Source of the DNA: Longimicrobiales bacterium
GTDB taxonomy: Bacteria > Gemmatimonadota > Gemmatimonadetes > Longimicrobiales > Gaopeijiaceae
Length of the DNA: 64,000 bases
Direction of reading: 5' to 3'
Assembly: GCA_965197725.1 (NCBI GenBank)
Contig: CBDANQ010000059.1
Span: 64,001-128,000 of the forward strand
How positions within the stretch are numbered: position 1 is the first letter of the stretch; each line of letters opens with the position of its first letter. Below are positions 26,877-38,858 of this stretch, one piece after another. The notes beneath the pieces were generated by a model. It saw only the letters and a program-made list of their open reading frames with translations, was not told the DNA's origin and ran no database searches. The position numbers were made by a program, and so were the translations under genes.

Positions 26877-27964
26877 GTTCCCAGCGGATGATGGGTGGGA
26901 GAGAAGGCAGACACGAGCTCGGTATACGGGGCATCCTGAGTCGAATGCTCGGCTCGCGCATGCCGCCGGCCTCGGAGGGAGAGCGGGTGTACGGGCTGCT
27001 CTGGGACGAGACGCTCCTGGAGGCGCGCGCCGACGTGGGGCGGTTGCTCGGCACTCATGAGATCCCCTACCTCATGTACAAAGGTGGGGCGCTGTTGGGT
27101 GAGCAGTACCGGACCGGTGACGTACTGATGGTCGATCTGGACGTGCTGGTTCCGCTCGTTGCGTGCGAACGGGCGGCGGCGGCCTTCGAGGCCGAGGGTT
27201 GGCGAAAGAAGGACCCGGTGGGCGGCCCGGCGCTGCCAGGCGCACCCGGCGCTGTCTTCGCCCGCCCGTTCGCCGACGGGGCGTTCAGCGCTCTGGATGT
27301 GGACGTACACTGGCGAGTCGCCCCGGTCGACCGGCTATTCCCCTGGCGTGGTGAGCCAATTCCAGAGGAGGTCTGGCGATCCGCCGTGCGTGCGGGTTCC
27401 GCGCCGGTCCCGCGCACGGGGCACCACGCCGCCATGCTCGTGCACCACCTGGTGCGACACGACTTCCTCCACTTCCGCAGCGTGTTCGATCTGGTTCAGC
27501 TGTGGCCGGCGCTGCTCGCTCCCGAGGAGAGTGCTGCTTTCGCCTCCCTCGCGGCCAGCTTCGGAGTATCTCGCGCGGCCGGCTGGCTGTGTCGGGCACT
27601 CGAGGTCGACCTCCGACTCGAAGCGCTTGGCTCGCAGGCGCCACGGTCTCCTTCCGCGCGCGCTCCGAGCAGCCTCCGCTCCGTGCTATCGCTCGTAGGT
27701 CTGGCGCTCGATGCATCGAACCGCGACCTCGAGGCCATGACGTTCTCGCGGGGGCTCCGGCGCCTGAGGACGGTGGATCGTCCGCTACGTGCGTCGCGCA
27801 CGCTCTTGATGGACGCGCTGGCTCCGCCGGATGAGTATCTTCGATGGCGATGGCCCGGTACGCGGGCCCCGGTACGGCGACTCAACCACCTGGGTCGGTT
27901 GCTCGGACGGCTGATCGAAGACGACCTGACTTCCCCCCTCCCGGACGATGCCCCGGAGATTTGA
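26864..27964 (+). CDS. Nucleotidyltransferase family protein (NTP_transf_5-like)
   Basis: YLMYKGGALLGEQY...MVDLDVLV, LDVDVHW, HLVRH..H...VFDL. Confidence 0.78.
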   Translation: MEEIGSQRMMGGREGRHELGIRGILSRMLGSRMPPASEGERVYGLLWDETLLEARADVGRLLGTHEIPYLMYKGGALLGEQYRTGDVLMVDLDVLVPLVACERAAAAFEAEGWRKKDPVGGPALPGAPGAVFARPFADGAFSALDVDVHWRVAPVDRLFPWRGEPIPEEVWRSAVRAGSAPVPRTGHHAAMLVHHLVRHDFLHFRSVFDLVQLWPALLAPEESAAFASLAASFGVSRAAGWLCRALEVDLRLEALGSQAPRSPSARAPSSLRSVLSLVGLALDASNRDLEAMTFSRGLRRLRTVDRPLRASRTLLMDALAPPDEYLRWRWPGTRAPVRRLNHLGRLLGRLIEDDLTSPLPDDAPEI

Positions 27965-28230
27965 TGAGCGCGACGCCCAAGGCCAGAGAGGACGTGGTGT
28001 TCCGACCCCTTGCGGACGAGTGGGTCCTGTTCGACCCCCGCCGTCATCTGCTGCACGTGCTCAACCTCACCGCGGCTTTGGTCTGGACCCACTGCGACGG
28101 GGAGACCTCGCTGGAGGCGCTCGTCGAGGAAGTGGAGTCCGCGTTCACGGATCCGCCACCACGCAGCGACCTCGTCCGAGACGTGGACGAGGCTCTGCAG
28201 CGCTTCCGTAACGAGGAGCTCTTTCTGTGA
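27964..28230 (+). CDS. PqqD-family / RiPP recognition element (RRE) chaperone
   Basis: 88 aa: VVFRPLADEWVLFD...HVLNLTAALVWTHCDG..SLEALV...DVDEALQRFRNEEL; TGATG overlap. Confidence 0.9.
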   Translation: MSATPKAREDVVFRPLADEWVLFDPRRHLLHVLNLTAALVWTHCDGETSLEALVEEVESAFTDPPPRSDLVRDVDEALQRFRNEELFL

Positions 28231-28958
28231 GCCTCGGCCACTACGTGAGCATGCTCGGAGACCGTCGCCGCATCGAGGGCTTCCAGCAGGGCCTGGCTAG
28301 TGCAGTCCATCCGGGCGACAACGTGCTGGACGTGGGCACCGGGCTGGGGACCTATGCGTTCTTCGCTGCCCAGGCGGGCGCGGGGCACGTATGGGCGGTG
28401 GACCGCGATCCCGTGATCCATGCGGCTGCCATGGTGTGCAAGGCCAACGGCTTCGACGACCGCATCACGTTCTTGCGGGGCGAGATATCTGAGGTCGAGC
28501 TTCCGGAGCCGGCCGACCTGGTGGTCTTCGAGGACTTTCCGATCCGCCTGTTCGACGACCGGACATGGTGCCTCGTGCGGGACGTCCTGGGCAAGCACCT
28601 TCGGCCGGGTGGGCGCGTCTTTCCAACACGGATGCGCCTGAACCTCGGCTTGGCGGCCGGTCCCGAGCCCGAGGCATTGGTGGCGCTCGGCGAGGAGGAC
28701 GCGGTCTGGGGGCAGACGCTTCTGCCGGTATCTCCTCCGCTAAAGGTTCCCGCGCGGGGACAGGTGCGGGCCAGTGTGCGCCCGGAGCCCCTTCCCGACG
28801 GGGCTCCTGGGTGGCTCTCGTGGGCCGTCGAGTATGGAGTCGAGGCGCGCAACGGACACGAGTTCGCGGCAGAACCCTCTTCACTTGAGGACCTCTACGG
28901 CGATATCTTGGGTATGAAGGCCGCCGAGACCCTCCCCTCGAGGGAGATCGTGCCATGA
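28227..28958 (+). CDS. SAM-dependent methyltransferase, protein-arginine-methyltransferase-like
   Basis: Y.SMLGD..R, VLDVGTGLG, AAQAGA.HVWAV, VELPEPADLVVFE, WGQTLLP; GTGA overlap. Confidence 0.82.
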   Translation: MSLGHYVSMLGDRRRIEGFQQGLASAVHPGDNVLDVGTGLGTYAFFAAQAGAGHVWAVDRDPVIHAAAMVCKANGFDDRITFLRGEISEVELPEPADLVVFEDFPIRLFDDRTWCLVRDVLGKHLRPGGRVFPTRMRLNLGLAAGPEPEALVALGEEDAVWGQTLLPVSPPLKVPARGQVRASVRPEPLPDGAPGWLSWAVEYGVEARNGHEFAAEPSSLEDLYGDILGMKAAETLPSREIVP

Positions 28959-29224
28959 CCGATCAGAGCCGTAAAGAGTTCTTGAAGAAGCTCGCACAGG
29001 GGAGCATCTACGCCGCTCCCGTCGTGTCGACGCTGCTGGCTCCTCGCCCGGCGAGCGGAGGGGGGCCGGGCTCCCCGATGATGATGATGGGCATGGGCGG
29101 CATGGGTATGGGCATGGGCGGCATGGGCATGGGCGGCATGGGCATGGGCGGCATGGGCATGGGCATGCCCCAGCAGCGGAATCTGCCGGATGCACCCTGG
29201 TTCAAGCCTCGTCCCGGTCGCTGA
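28955..29224 (+). CDS. Putative precursor peptide: SRKEFLKK...YAAPVV leader plus Met/Gly-repeat core
   Basis: GGAG RBS, ATGA overlap with the methyltransferase stop; 89 aa; last gene of an RRE-containing operon. Confidence 0.75.
   Translation: MTDQSRKEFLKKLAQGSIYAAPVVSTLLAPRPASGGGPGSPMMMMGMGGMGMGMGGMGMGGMGMGGMGMGMPQQRNLPDAPWFKPRPGR
29078..29167 (+). repeat. Coding low-complexity repeat (ATG/GGC codons; 15 Met + 15 Gly)
   Basis: (ATG)4 followed by ATGGGC and ATGGGCGGC units, read directly from the sequence. Confidence 0.95.
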
Positions 29225-29310
29225 GGGCCGCGGCCTCGGGGCCGCGAAGCTCACTACGATATAGGCCTCCGGAGGGCCGCTGTCGCTAACGGACCACTAC
29301 CCCGAACCCG

Positions 29311-29338
29311 TTGACACCCCCAGTACCCCCCTTACCTT
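29311..29338 (+). promoter_or_regulatory. Sigma70 promoter of the str operon
   Basis: TTGACA-16 bp-TACCTT, about 95 bp upstream of rpsL. Confidence 0.65.
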
Positions 29339-29431
29339 TCTATGCTCTAGTCGGACCAGCGATTCGCAACGACAGCGAAGAGCCAAATACGACGCGCCGA
29401 CAGGCGCGTTTTTTTCACGATCAGAGGGCAA

Positions 29432-29803
29432 ATGCCGACGATCAACCAGCTCGTGAGGAAGGGCCGCAAGGCTGTGCACAAGAAGAACAAAGCGCCGGCC
29501 CTTCAGCAGAACCCGCAGAAGCGCGGTGTCTGCACTCGCGTGTATACGACGACTCCGAAGAAGCCGAACTCGGCGCTTCGGAAAGTTGCTCGTGTGCGGC
29601 TCACGAGCGGGTACGAGGTCACCGCGTACATCGGGGGTGAGGGACACAACCTCCAGGAGCACTCGATCGTGCTCATCCGTGGCGGCCGGGTGAAGGACCT
29701 TCCGGGTGTTCGGTACCACATCATCCGTGGTACGCTGGATACGTCAGGGGTCGGCGATCGTCGCCAGGGACGCTCCAAATACGGGGCCAAACGGCCCAAA
29801 TAA
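29432..29803 (+). CDS. rpsL: 30S ribosomal protein S12
   Basis: [23 protein letters not shown]. Confidence 0.99.
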   Translation: MPTINQLVRKGRKAVHKKNKAPALQQNPQKRGVCTRVYTTTPKKPNSALRKVARVRLTSGYEVTAYIGGEGHNLQEHSIVLIRGGRVKDLPGVRYHIIRGTLDTSGVGDRRQGRSKYGAKRPK

Positions 29804-29814
29804 GGCAAGAATAG

Positions 29815-30285
29815 ATGAGCCGTCGTTCCCGGGCTGAAAAGAGGGAGACGCCTCCCGATCCGCGCTTCGAGTCGCGCACCGTCACCAAGTTCATCAACAA
29901 CTTGATGCTGGGCGGCAAGAAGTCGGTCGCCGAGAAGATCTTCTACGACGCGGTCGAGATTCTCGAGCAGCGAACCGGTCAGCCGGGGGTGCAGGTGTTC
30001 GAGCAGGCGCTGACCAACGCCAAACCGGCGCTCGAGGTGAAGAGCCGCCGCGTCGGTGGCGCGACGTACCAGGTGCCGATCGAGGTTCGACCGGAGCGCC
30101 GCGCCGCGTTGGCGACGCGCTGGCTGATTTCATACGCGCGCGGCCGTTCGGAAAAGAGTATGTCCGAGCGGCTCGCCGCGGAGCTTCTCGCCGCGAGCCG
30201 CGGTGAGGGCACGACGATCAAGAAGAAGGACGACACGCACCGGATGGCTGAGGCGAACAAGGCGTTCGCGCACTACCGCTGGTAG
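29815..30285 (+). CDS. rpsG: 30S ribosomal protein S7
   Basis: [25 protein letters not shown]. Confidence 0.99.
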   Translation: MSRRSRAEKRETPPDPRFESRTVTKFINNLMLGGKKSVAEKIFYDAVEILEQRTGQPGVQVFEQALTNAKPALEVKSRRVGGATYQVPIEVRPERRAALATRWLISYARGRSEKSMSERLAAELLAASRGEGTTIKKKDDTHRMAEANKAFAHYRW

Positions 30286-30313
30286 CGATCGACGAATAGG
30301 ACCGCGCCGCCGG

Positions 30314-30454
30314 CATGGGGTGTAAAGACAACTTGGGACGCGATGGCCCTCGTTCTTCGGGAACCGGGGCCCTCTCCGATCAAAGGAGCGCGGACGACTG
30401 TGGGCCCTCAGGGGCCGCAGCTGCAGGAGCCGCGCTCCTTTTTTACGCCCCATG
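30314..30454 (+). promoter_or_regulatory. Multi-branch RNA structure in the rpsG-fusA spacer
   Basis: Outer 15-bp stem with G.U pairs, inner 12-bp stem AAAGGAGCGCGG/CCGCGCTCCTTT, and a UUCG-capped hairpin. Confidence 0.6.
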
Positions 30455-30501
30455 ACGCAACGACGGACGGAATGCACAGGGACAGAGAAGGACTTAGATA
30501 G

Positions 30502-32604
30502 ATGCCCAGGAAGACGCCACTGCCGCAGCTCCGCAACATCGGCATCATGGCGCACATCGATGCCGGTAAGACCACGACCACCGAGCGCATCCTGTTCTAC
30601 ACGGGACGCGTGCATCGCGTGGGCGAGGTGCACGATGGTGCTGCGACCATGGACTGGATGGAGCAGGAGCAGGAGCGGGGGATCACGATTACCTCCGCAG
30701 CCACGACGGCTCATTGGCTGCGCAACGATACTGACTACCGAATTAACATTATCGACACTCCCGGTCACGTGGATTTCACGGCCGAGGTCGAACGGTCGCT
30801 GCGCGTTCTCGACGCTGCGGTGGCCGTTTTTTGCGCGGTGGGTGGTGTGGAGCCGCAGTCCGAGACGGTTTGGCGCCAGGCGGACCGTTACACGGTGCCG
30901 CGCATCGCTTTCGTCAACAAGATGGACCGCGTCGGCGCTGACTTCATGAACGTCGTCCGCATGATGAGCGAGCGGCTGGGTGCGAACGCGCATCCGGTGC
31001 AGTACCCGCTCGGCGAGGGTGAGCTCTTTACGGGGGTCGTCGACATCGTCGAGCGGAAGGCGATCATCTACGAAGACGAGATGGGCTCGAAGTTCTCCGA
31101 AGGTCAAGTGCCCGATGGACTCAAGGACCAGGTCGAGGAGCTCCGGCACACACTTCTCGAGGCCGCGATCGAGCACGACGACGAGCTCATCGAGAAGTAC
31201 CTGGCGGGTGAGAAGCTGTCGACCGATGAGTTCCGCCACGCGATCCGCGCGGCGACCATCAAGGGCGTTCTCTTCCCCGTCTTCTGCGGTTCGGCCTTCA
31301 AGAACAAAGGCGTACAAACCCTGCTCGACGGCGTAATCGACTATCTGCCGTCGCCGGTGGACGTCCCTGCCATTCAGGGTCACCTGCCGCACCATGATGA
31401 GACCTTCGAAAGCCGTGAGGCGAGCGACGACGCACCCTTCGCGGCTTTGGCGTTTAAGATCGCGACCGACCCCTACGTCGGTAAGCTGACATTTTTCCGC
31501 GTCTATTCGGGTTCGCTTCCCTCCGGCAGCTACGTGTACAACGCCACGAAAGATCGGCGCGAGCGCGTGGGCCGCATTCTGCAGATGCACGCCAACAAGC
31601 GTGAGGAGCGGGACGAAGTGTTCGCGGGTGACATCGCCGCGGCGATCGGCCTAAAACAGGTGAAGACCGGCGACACTCTGTGCATCGAAACCCACCCGAT
31701 CATCCTAGAGGCGATGAGCTTCCCGGAGCCGGTGATCGCGGTCGCGATCGAGCCGAAAACGAGGGCCGACCAGGACAAGCTCACGAACGGGCTGGTCAAG
31801 CTCGCCGACGAGGATCCGACGTTCCGCGTTTTCACCGATCCGGAGACGAACCAGACGATCATCTCGGGCATGGGTGAGCTCCACCTCGAGATCATCGTTG
31901 ATCGTCTCAAGCGTGAGTTTGGTGTGGAGGCCAACATCGGCCGTCCGCAGGTAGCGTACCGCGAGACGATCCGCAACCGTGCCGAGAAAGTGGAAGGCAG
32001 GTTCGTCCGCCAGACCGGTGGGCGCGGTCAATACGGTCATGTGGTCATCAACCTCGAGCCCGGGGCGCCCGGTTCGGGCTTCATTTTCGAGGACAAGATC
32101 CGCGGTGGCGCGATCCCGCGAGAGTACATCGGTTCCGTCGAGGCGGGAATCCGTGCCGCCCTCGACTCGGGTGTACTCGCTGGTTATCCGGTCATCGACG
32201 TAAAGGTCGAGCTCATTGACGGGTCGTACCACGATGTCGACTCCAGCGAGATGGCGTTCAAGATTGCCGGCTCGATGGCACTCAAGGCGGGCATCAAGAA
32301 GGCCAAGCCGATCCTGCTCGAGCCGATCATGGATGTCGAAGTCGTGACTCCGGCCGACTACATGGGAGATATCATCGGAGACCTGTCGGCCCGTCGGGGC
32401 AAGGTCGGCGGTATGACCGAGCGTGCGGGCGCGCGCGTCATCGGCGCTTCCGTGCCGCTCGGTGAGATGTTCGGATATTCGACCACGCTCCGCTCGATGA
32501 GCCAGGGGCGGGCCGTCTACACGATGCAGTTCGCGCACTACGACGAGGTTCCGAAGTCGAAAGCCGAGGAGATCATGGCGGCCAACGGCGGCGGAGCCGA
32601 CTGA
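30502..32604 (+). CDS. fusA: Elongation factor G
   Basis: [32 protein letters not shown]. Confidence 0.99.
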   Translation: MPRKTPLPQLRNIGIMAHIDAGKTTTTERILFYTGRVHRVGEVHDGAATMDWMEQEQERGITITSAATTAHWLRNDTDYRINIIDTPGHVDFTAEVERSLRVLDAAVAVFCAVGGVEPQSETVWRQADRYTVPRIAFVNKMDRVGADFMNVVRMMSERLGANAHPVQYPLGEGELFTGVVDIVERKAIIYEDEMGSKFSEGQVPDGLKDQVEELRHTLLEAAIEHDDELIEKYLAGEKLSTDEFRHAIRAATIKGVLFPVFCGSAFKNKGVQTLLDGVIDYLPSPVDVPAIQGHLPHHDETFESREASDDAPFAALAFKIATDPYVGKLTFFRVYSGSLPSGSYVYNATKDRRERVGRILQMHANKREERDEVFAGDIAAAIGLKQVKTGDTLCIETHPIILEAMSFPEPVIAVAIEPKTRADQDKLTNGLVKLADEDPTFRVFTDPETNQTIISGMGELHLEIIVDRLKREFGVEANIGRPQVAYRETIRNRAEKVEGRFVRQTGGRGQYGHVVINLEPGAPGSGFIFEDKIRGGAIPREYIGSVEAGIRAALDSGVLAGYPVIDVKVELIDGSYHDVDSSEMAFKIAGSMALKAGIKKAKPILLEPIMDVEVVTPADYMGDIIGDLSARRGKVGGMTERAGARVIGASVPLGEMFGYSTTLRSMSQGRAVYTMQFAHYDEVPKSKAEEIMAANGGGAD

Positions 32605-32650
32605 GCTAAGAAACCAACCTCAGCCTACCGAGCGAGAGAGAGAGACAGCG

Positions 32651-33844
<1,194 letters not shown>

Positions 33845-34074
33845 GGGGTTATAGCTTAGGGTTTCGACGAGAAACGGGTTCCTCTCCGCGAAAGGGCTAG
33901 CGCAAGTCGGGGCACGGGGAACACGAGTTTGTATGAAGACCAAGACGGTGGTGCAACCACCGTGCAGAAGAGAGAGGCAGGCGGAATAAGTAAGAAGACG
34001 GGATACACTAGCGGCCGAACGGCTGAGCAAGAGCGGGGGACGGGCCTGCGGTCCCCCCACCACAAGAGACGCGA

Positions 34075-34383
34075 ATGGCTGAGAGAATCAGAATCAGACT
34101 TAAGGCGTTCGACCACTGGGTGGTCGATCAGACCGCGGCCGACATTGTTCGGACGGCGCAGAAGACGGGCGCGACGGTGCGGGGGCCTATCCCGTTGCCT
34201 ACGCGGCGTGAGCGCTGGACCGTGCTTCGCTCGCCGCACATCGACAAGAAGAGTCGTGAGCAGTTCGAGCTGCGTACGCACAAGCGACTCATCGACATCG
34301 TTGATAGCCGCCCACAGACGATCGACGCGTTGACCAAGCTGGATTTGCCGGCAGGGGTCGACGTGGAGATCAAGGTCGACTGA
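34075..34383 (+). CDS. rpsJ: 30S ribosomal protein S10
   Basis: [27 protein letters not shown]. Confidence 0.99.
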   Translation: MAERIRIRLKAFDHWVVDQTAADIVRTAQKTGATVRGPIPLPTRRERWTVLRSPHIDKKSREQFELRTHKRLIDIVDSRPQTIDALTKLDLPAGVDVEIKVD

Positions 34384-34396
34384 CGGAGGACTCTGG

Positions 34397-35014
34397 ATGC
34401 CCGGATTGATCGGAAAAAAGATCGGTATGACGCGGATCTTCGATGACGAAGGGGTGCAGATACCCGTAACCGTCATTGAAGCCGGTCCGTGTGCCGTCGT
34501 TCAGGTGAAGTCAGAGGAGACGGATGGCTACCGTGCCATCCAGCTCGGCTTCGGTGCCCAGAAGGCCAAGCGTGCTTCGAACGCCGAAGTGGGACACGCG
34601 GCCAGGGCGGGCCTCGAGGCCGCGCCACGGCTCATGCGTGAGTTCGCCGCGGACAACGGTGAGGAATACGAGGTGGGCCAACAGCTCACCGTTGAGGTTT
34701 TTGAGGCCGGTGACCGCGTCAAGGTCACAGGCCGGTCGAAGGGCCGCGGATTCCAGGGCGTGGTGAAGCGCCATGGTTTCGCCGGGCGTCCGGCTTCGCA
34801 CGGACACTCCCAGTCCCGCACCCCAGGCTCCATGGGCCCGGGTACGGACCCGTCCCGCGTCATCAAGGGCAAGAAGTTACCCGGACGTATGGGTGGGACC
34901 CGCACGACCATCCGGAACCTTCAGGTCGTCCGCGTCGATGGTGAGCGGAACCTGATTTTCGTGAAGGGCGGCGTTCCGGGCGCCCGCAATGGCTACGTTC
35001 TGATCTCGAAGTGA
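34397..35014 (+). CDS. rplC: 50S ribosomal protein L3
   Basis: [20 protein letters not shown]. Confidence 0.99.
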   Translation: MPGLIGKKIGMTRIFDDEGVQIPVTVIEAGPCAVVQVKSEETDGYRAIQLGFGAQKAKRASNAEVGHAARAGLEAAPRLMREFAADNGEEYEVGQQLTVEVFEAGDRVKVTGRSKGRGFQGVVKRHGFAGRPASHGHSQSRTPGSMGPGTDPSRVIKGKKLPGRMGGTRTTIRNLQVVRVDGERNLIFVKGGVPGARNGYVLISK

Positions 35015-35718
35015 GTGCCATGTACAAGGCGCGTTATTACAAAGCTGACGGCAAGAAGGGGAGGGCTCGGGCGTTGCCCGACACCCTCTTCGACGGCGTC
35101 GTGAATGAGGGCGTCATGCACCAGGCGGTGAGGACGCACCTCTCGAACCAGCGACAGGGGACGGCAGCAGCCAAGGGGCGTTCCGACGTCGCGGGTGGCG
35201 GCCGCAAACCCTGGCGTCAGAAAGGCACGGGTCGCGCCCGAGCGGGAACCATCCGGTCGCCCATCTGGGCGGGGGGTGGCGTTGCGTTTCCACCCATCCC
35301 CCACTCCTGGCGTCAGCGTCTGCCCAAGAAGGTGAAGGCGCTCGCGCGGCGCTCGGCGCTCAATGACCGGGCTGAGCACGACAGGGTCGTCCTCGCGGAC
35401 TTGCCCGTCATGGAGGCTCCCAAGACTCGTGATCTCGTGAGTTTCCTGGACACGATCACGGCAGAGGGGAAGGTGCTCGTGCTGACCGATGGCAAGAACG
35501 AAAACCTGTACCTGTCAGCTCGCAATCTCTCGGACGTGTCGGTCGTGCAGTTCGGTGGCGAGTCCGTATACGACGTGCTCTGGGCGTACACGGTCGTCAT
35601 CGAACGCTCGGCGCTCGACGAGAAGGCTGACGCCCCGGCCAAGGCAGAGGAGGCCGAGGCGGAGCCTGCGGTCGAGGAGCCAGCCGAAGTGGAGACGGAG
35701 GAAGACGACGATGCGTGA
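35011..35718 (+). CDS. rplD: 50S ribosomal protein L4
   Basis: RKPWRQKGTGRARAG; acidic C-terminal tail. Confidence 0.98.
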   Translation: MSAMYKARYYKADGKKGRARALPDTLFDGVVNEGVMHQAVRTHLSNQRQGTAAAKGRSDVAGGGRKPWRQKGTGRARAGTIRSPIWAGGGVAFPPIPHSWRQRLPKKVKALARRSALNDRAEHDRVVLADLPVMEAPKTRDLVSFLDTITAEGKVLVLTDGKNENLYLSARNLSDVSVVQFGGESVYDVLWAYTVVIERSALDEKADAPAKAEEAEAEPAVEEPAEVETEEDDDA

Positions 35719-36022
35719 CGCTTACGACATCATCTACGCGCCCGTGATCACCGAAAAGACCAGCGAGCAGATGGAGACCGACACCGTCTACACGTTCATC
35801 GTGAACAAGGACGCCAACAAGATCGAGATCGGGCAAGCCGTCGAGCGGATCTGGGACGTGACCGTGAGGGACGTCCGTACGATGCGCTATGCCGGCAAGG
35901 TACGCCGGTCCCAAATGGGGCGCATGGCCCGGACCCATACCCCGGGTCGTCGCGCGTCTTTCAAGAAGGCCGTCGTCCAGCTCGCCGAGGGCGACCACAT
36001 CGAGCTCTACGAGGCCGGCTGA
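35711..36022 (+). CDS. rplW: 50S ribosomal protein L23
   Basis: [27 protein letters not shown]. Confidence 0.97.
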   Translation: MRDAYDIIYAPVITEKTSEQMETDTVYTFIVNKDANKIEIGQAVERIWDVTVRDVRTMRYAGKVRRSQMGRMARTHTPGRRASFKKAVVQLAEGDHIELYEAG

Positions 36023-36024
36023 TC

Positions 36025-36864
36025 ATGGGAATCAAGAAATTCAAGCCGGTCACGCCCGGCCAGCGAACCCGGTCGGTTCTCGACAATGAGGTGCTGACTC
36101 GCAAGGGGCCGGAGAAGTCGCTCACCGAATCGCTGAGTTCCAGCGGTGGACGCAACCATCACGGTCACGTGACGGTTCGACGCCGGGGTGGGGGCCACAA
36201 GCGGAAGTACCGGATCGTCGACTTCAAGCGGAACAAGCTCGACGTGCCGGGCATCGTGAAGCATATCGAGTACGACCCGAACCGCTCGGCCAACATCGCA
36301 CTGATCTTCTACGAGGACGGCGAGAAGCGGTACATCCTCCATCCGAAGGGACTCGACGTCGGCGACACGATCATGTCGGGTCCCAACGCGGACGTCCGCA
36401 TCGGTTCGGCGATGCCACTCGCACTCGTGCCTCTCGGCACGACGGTGCACAACATCGAGCTCAAGCCGGGCAAGGGTGGTCAGCTGGCGCGCTCGGCGGG
36501 GGCTTCGGTCCAGGTCGTGGCGAAGGATGGAGACTTCGTGACGTTGCGACTGCCTTCGACGGAAATGCGCCGGTTTCGCAAGGAGTGCATGGCTACCATC
36601 GGAGAGGTCGGCAACTCGGACCATGAGTTGACCGTGATCGGCAAGGCAGGTGCAAACCGTTGGCGGGGCAAGCGTCCGAAGGTGCGCGGTGTCGCCATGA
36701 ACCCGGTCGATCACCCTCTGGGTGGCGGTGAGGGCCGGGCATCGGGTGGGCGGCCTCCGGTCTCGCCGTGGGGCAAGGCCGAGGGCAAGAAGACACGCAA
36801 CAAGAAAAAAGACTCCACCAAGTACATCGTGCGCGGCCGCAAGCGCGGCAAAGCCACGCAATGA
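36025..36864 (+). CDS. rplB: 50S ribosomal protein L2
   Basis: [27 protein letters not shown]. Confidence 0.99.
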   Translation: MGIKKFKPVTPGQRTRSVLDNEVLTRKGPEKSLTESLSSSGGRNHHGHVTVRRRGGGHKRKYRIVDFKRNKLDVPGIVKHIEYDPNRSANIALIFYEDGEKRYILHPKGLDVGDTIMSGPNADVRIGSAMPLALVPLGTTVHNIELKPGKGGQLARSAGASVQVVAKDGDFVTLRLPSTEMRRFRKECMATIGEVGNSDHELTVIGKAGANRWRGKRPKVRGVAMNPVDHPLGGGEGRASGGRPPVSPWGKAEGKKTRNKKKDSTKYIVRGRKRGKATQ

Positions 36865-36881
36865 CCAGGGGCTGACCAACC

Positions 36882-37175
36882 ATGCCGCGTAGCATAAAGA
36901 AGGGTCCGTTCATCAGTGACAAACTTCTTCTCCAGATCGAGATCATGAACTCTCGTAATGAGAAGAAGGTCATCAAGACATGGTCCCGTGCCTCGACGAT
37001 CTCTCCGGATTTCGTGGGTCACACGGTGGCCGTGCACAACGGCAACAAGTTCATCCCCGTGTACATCACGGAGAACATGGTCGGACACAAACTCGGTGAG
37101 TTCGCGCCAACCCGCCTATTCCGCGGGCACAGTGGCAGGCTGGCCGACAAACGGTCTGGACGGTCGGCCCTATGA
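36882..37175 (+). CDS. rpsS: 30S ribosomal protein S19
   Basis: [20 protein letters not shown]. Confidence 0.99.
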   Translation: MPRSIKKGPFISDKLLLQIEIMNSRNEKKVIKTWSRASTISPDFVGHTVAVHNGNKFIPVYITENMVGHKLGEFAPTRLFRGHSGRLADKRSGRSAL

Positions 37176-37525
37176 AAGCTCGAGCAGTCGCGCGGTACGT
37201 CCGCATGAGCCCCCGAAAGGTCCGGCTCGTCGTGGACCAGATCCGGGGTAAGTCGGTGAACGAGGCATACGCCATTCTTCAGTTCTCGAAAAAGAGCGCT
37301 GCCGAGCCCGTCGGTAAGACTCTTCGCTCGGCGGTGGCGAACGCACAGGACAGATCACAAGACGAAGGCGGACTTCTCGATGTGGACGACTTGGTCGTTC
37401 AGGAAGCCTTCGTAGACGAGGGCCCGACGCTTCGCCGCTGGCGCGCGCGCGCGCAGGGGCGAGCAGCGCCGATCCGTAAGCGCACGAGCCACGTCACCGT
37501 GGTCGTCGACACAAGGGACGCCTGA
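37172..37525 (+). CDS. rplV: 50S ribosomal protein L22
   Basis: [26 protein letters not shown]. Confidence 0.99.
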   Translation: MKARAVARYVRMSPRKVRLVVDQIRGKSVNEAYAILQFSKKSAAEPVGKTLRSAVANAQDRSQDEGGLLDVDDLVVQEAFVDEGPTLRRWRARAQGRAAPIRKRTSHVTVVVDTRDA

Positions 37526-37529
37526 GGAT

Positions 37530-38189
37530 ATGGGACAGAAGACACACCCCGTCGGGTTCCGGCTCGGGATCGTCAAGGACTGGACGTCCCGCTGGTACGC
37601 CGAGCGCGATTTCCCGCGCCTCCTCAAGGAGGACGAGACGATCCGCAACTACCTTCGTCGGCGCCTGGCTCATGCCGCGCTTGCGCTGGTCGAGATCGAG
37701 CGCAAGCCGAGCAAGATCGTCGTCACGCTGCACACCGCCCGTCCGGGCGTGGTGATCGGTAAGCGGGGCGCCGAAGTCGACAAACTGCGCGACGAGCTCG
37801 CGATGCTCACCAGCGCCGAGATCTCCGTGAACGTCGAGGAGATCAAGCGGCCGGAGGTGAGCGCGTATCTGGTGGCCGAGAACGTCGCCCACCAGTTGCG
37901 TCAGCGCATCTCCTTCCGGCGCGCGATGAAGCGTGCGGTGCAGTCCGCGATCCGTGCCGGGGCCGAGGGCATCAAGATCCAGTGCGCAGGCCGTCTGGGT
38001 GGCGCCGAGATCGCGCGCACGGAGGGATACAACGAGGGCCGGGTGCCGCTGCATACGCTGCGCGCGGACATCGACTACGCCCAGGTTCCTGCGTTTACGA
38101 CGTACGGCGTCGTTGGGGTGAAGTGCTGGATCTTCCAGGGCGAGGTCGTCGAGGAGCGGCGTGGCCGCACCTACTCGACCGGTGTCTGA
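37530..38189 (+). CDS. rpsC: 30S ribosomal protein S3
   Basis: [33 protein letters not shown]. Confidence 0.99.
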   Translation: MGQKTHPVGFRLGIVKDWTSRWYAERDFPRLLKEDETIRNYLRRRLAHAALALVEIERKPSKIVVTLHTARPGVVIGKRGAEVDKLRDELAMLTSAEISVNVEEIKRPEVSAYLVAENVAHQLRQRISFRRAMKRAVQSAIRAGAEGIKIQCAGRLGGAEIARTEGYNEGRVPLHTLRADIDYAQVPAFTTYGVVGVKCWIFQGEVVEERRGRTYSTGV

Positions 38190-38204
38190 GAGAGGATATA
38201 GACG

Positions 38205-38621
38205 ATGCTAGCTCCAAAACGAGTGCGGCGACGGAAGACCCACAAGGGTCGCATGCGCGGAGTGGCGCGCCGGGGAAGCAAGATCTCCTTCGGGGAGTAC
38301 GGCCTGCAGGCGCTAGAGCCGACTTGGATCACTAACCGACAGATCGAAGCGGCCCGTGTCGCCATGACCCGTCACATCAAGCGTGGTGGCAAGGTCTGGA
38401 TTCGGATCTTCCCGGACAAGCCGATCACTTCAAAGCCCGCCGAGACCCGCATGGGGAAGGGCAAGGGCAACCCCGAGGGTTGGGTCGCGGTGGTCAAGCC
38501 GGGCCGGATCATGTTCGAGCTCGAGGGCGTGGACGAAGAGGTGGCAGAGCAGGCGATGCGTCTGGCCGCTGCGAAGCTGCCGATCAAATGCCGCTTCGTC
38601 GTCCGCGACCGCCAGTTCTAG
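38205..38621 (+). CDS. rplP: 50S ribosomal protein L16
   Basis: [16 protein letters not shown]. Confidence 0.99.
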   Translation: MLAPKRVRRRKTHKGRMRGVARRGSKISFGEYGLQALEPTWITNRQIEAARVAMTRHIKRGGKVWIRIFPDKPITSKPAETRMGKGKGNPEGWVAVVKPGRIMFELEGVDEEVAEQAMRLAAAKLPIKCRFVVRDRQF

Positions 38622-38627
38622 GAGAGA

Positions 38628-38858
38628 ATGATGAAGGCCGAGGACATCCGCGATTGGGATGACACTGAGATCGAAGCCCGGCTCAAAGAGCTTAGGGAAG
38701 AGCAGTTCAAGTTGCGTTTCCAGCGCTCGATGATGGAGCTCGAGAACGCTGGGCTGCCGAGGCAGATCAAGCGCGATATCGCGCGCCTGAAGACCGTGCG
38801 TCGCGAGCGAGAGCTCGCGCCGAACTCCGCTGAGAACGCGCGAGCCAGGAAGCCATGA
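38628..38858 (+). CDS. rpmC: 50S ribosomal protein L29
   Basis: [11 protein letters not shown]...KRDIARLKT; synteny. Confidence 0.95.
   Translation: MMKAEDIRDWDDTEIEARLKELREEQFKLRFQRSMMELENAGLPRQIKRDIARLKTVRRERELAPNSAENARARKP

Noticed and set aside
29078..29167. Repeat as a CRISPR array or non-coding VNTR
   Set aside because: Units are 6-9 bp with no spacers and no cas genes, and they stay in frame within a coupled ORF.
28955..29224. Peptide as a GroEL C-terminal fragment
   Set aside because: Only the GM low-complexity tract is similar; the flanks show no GroEL sequence, and the ORF has its own RBS and leader.
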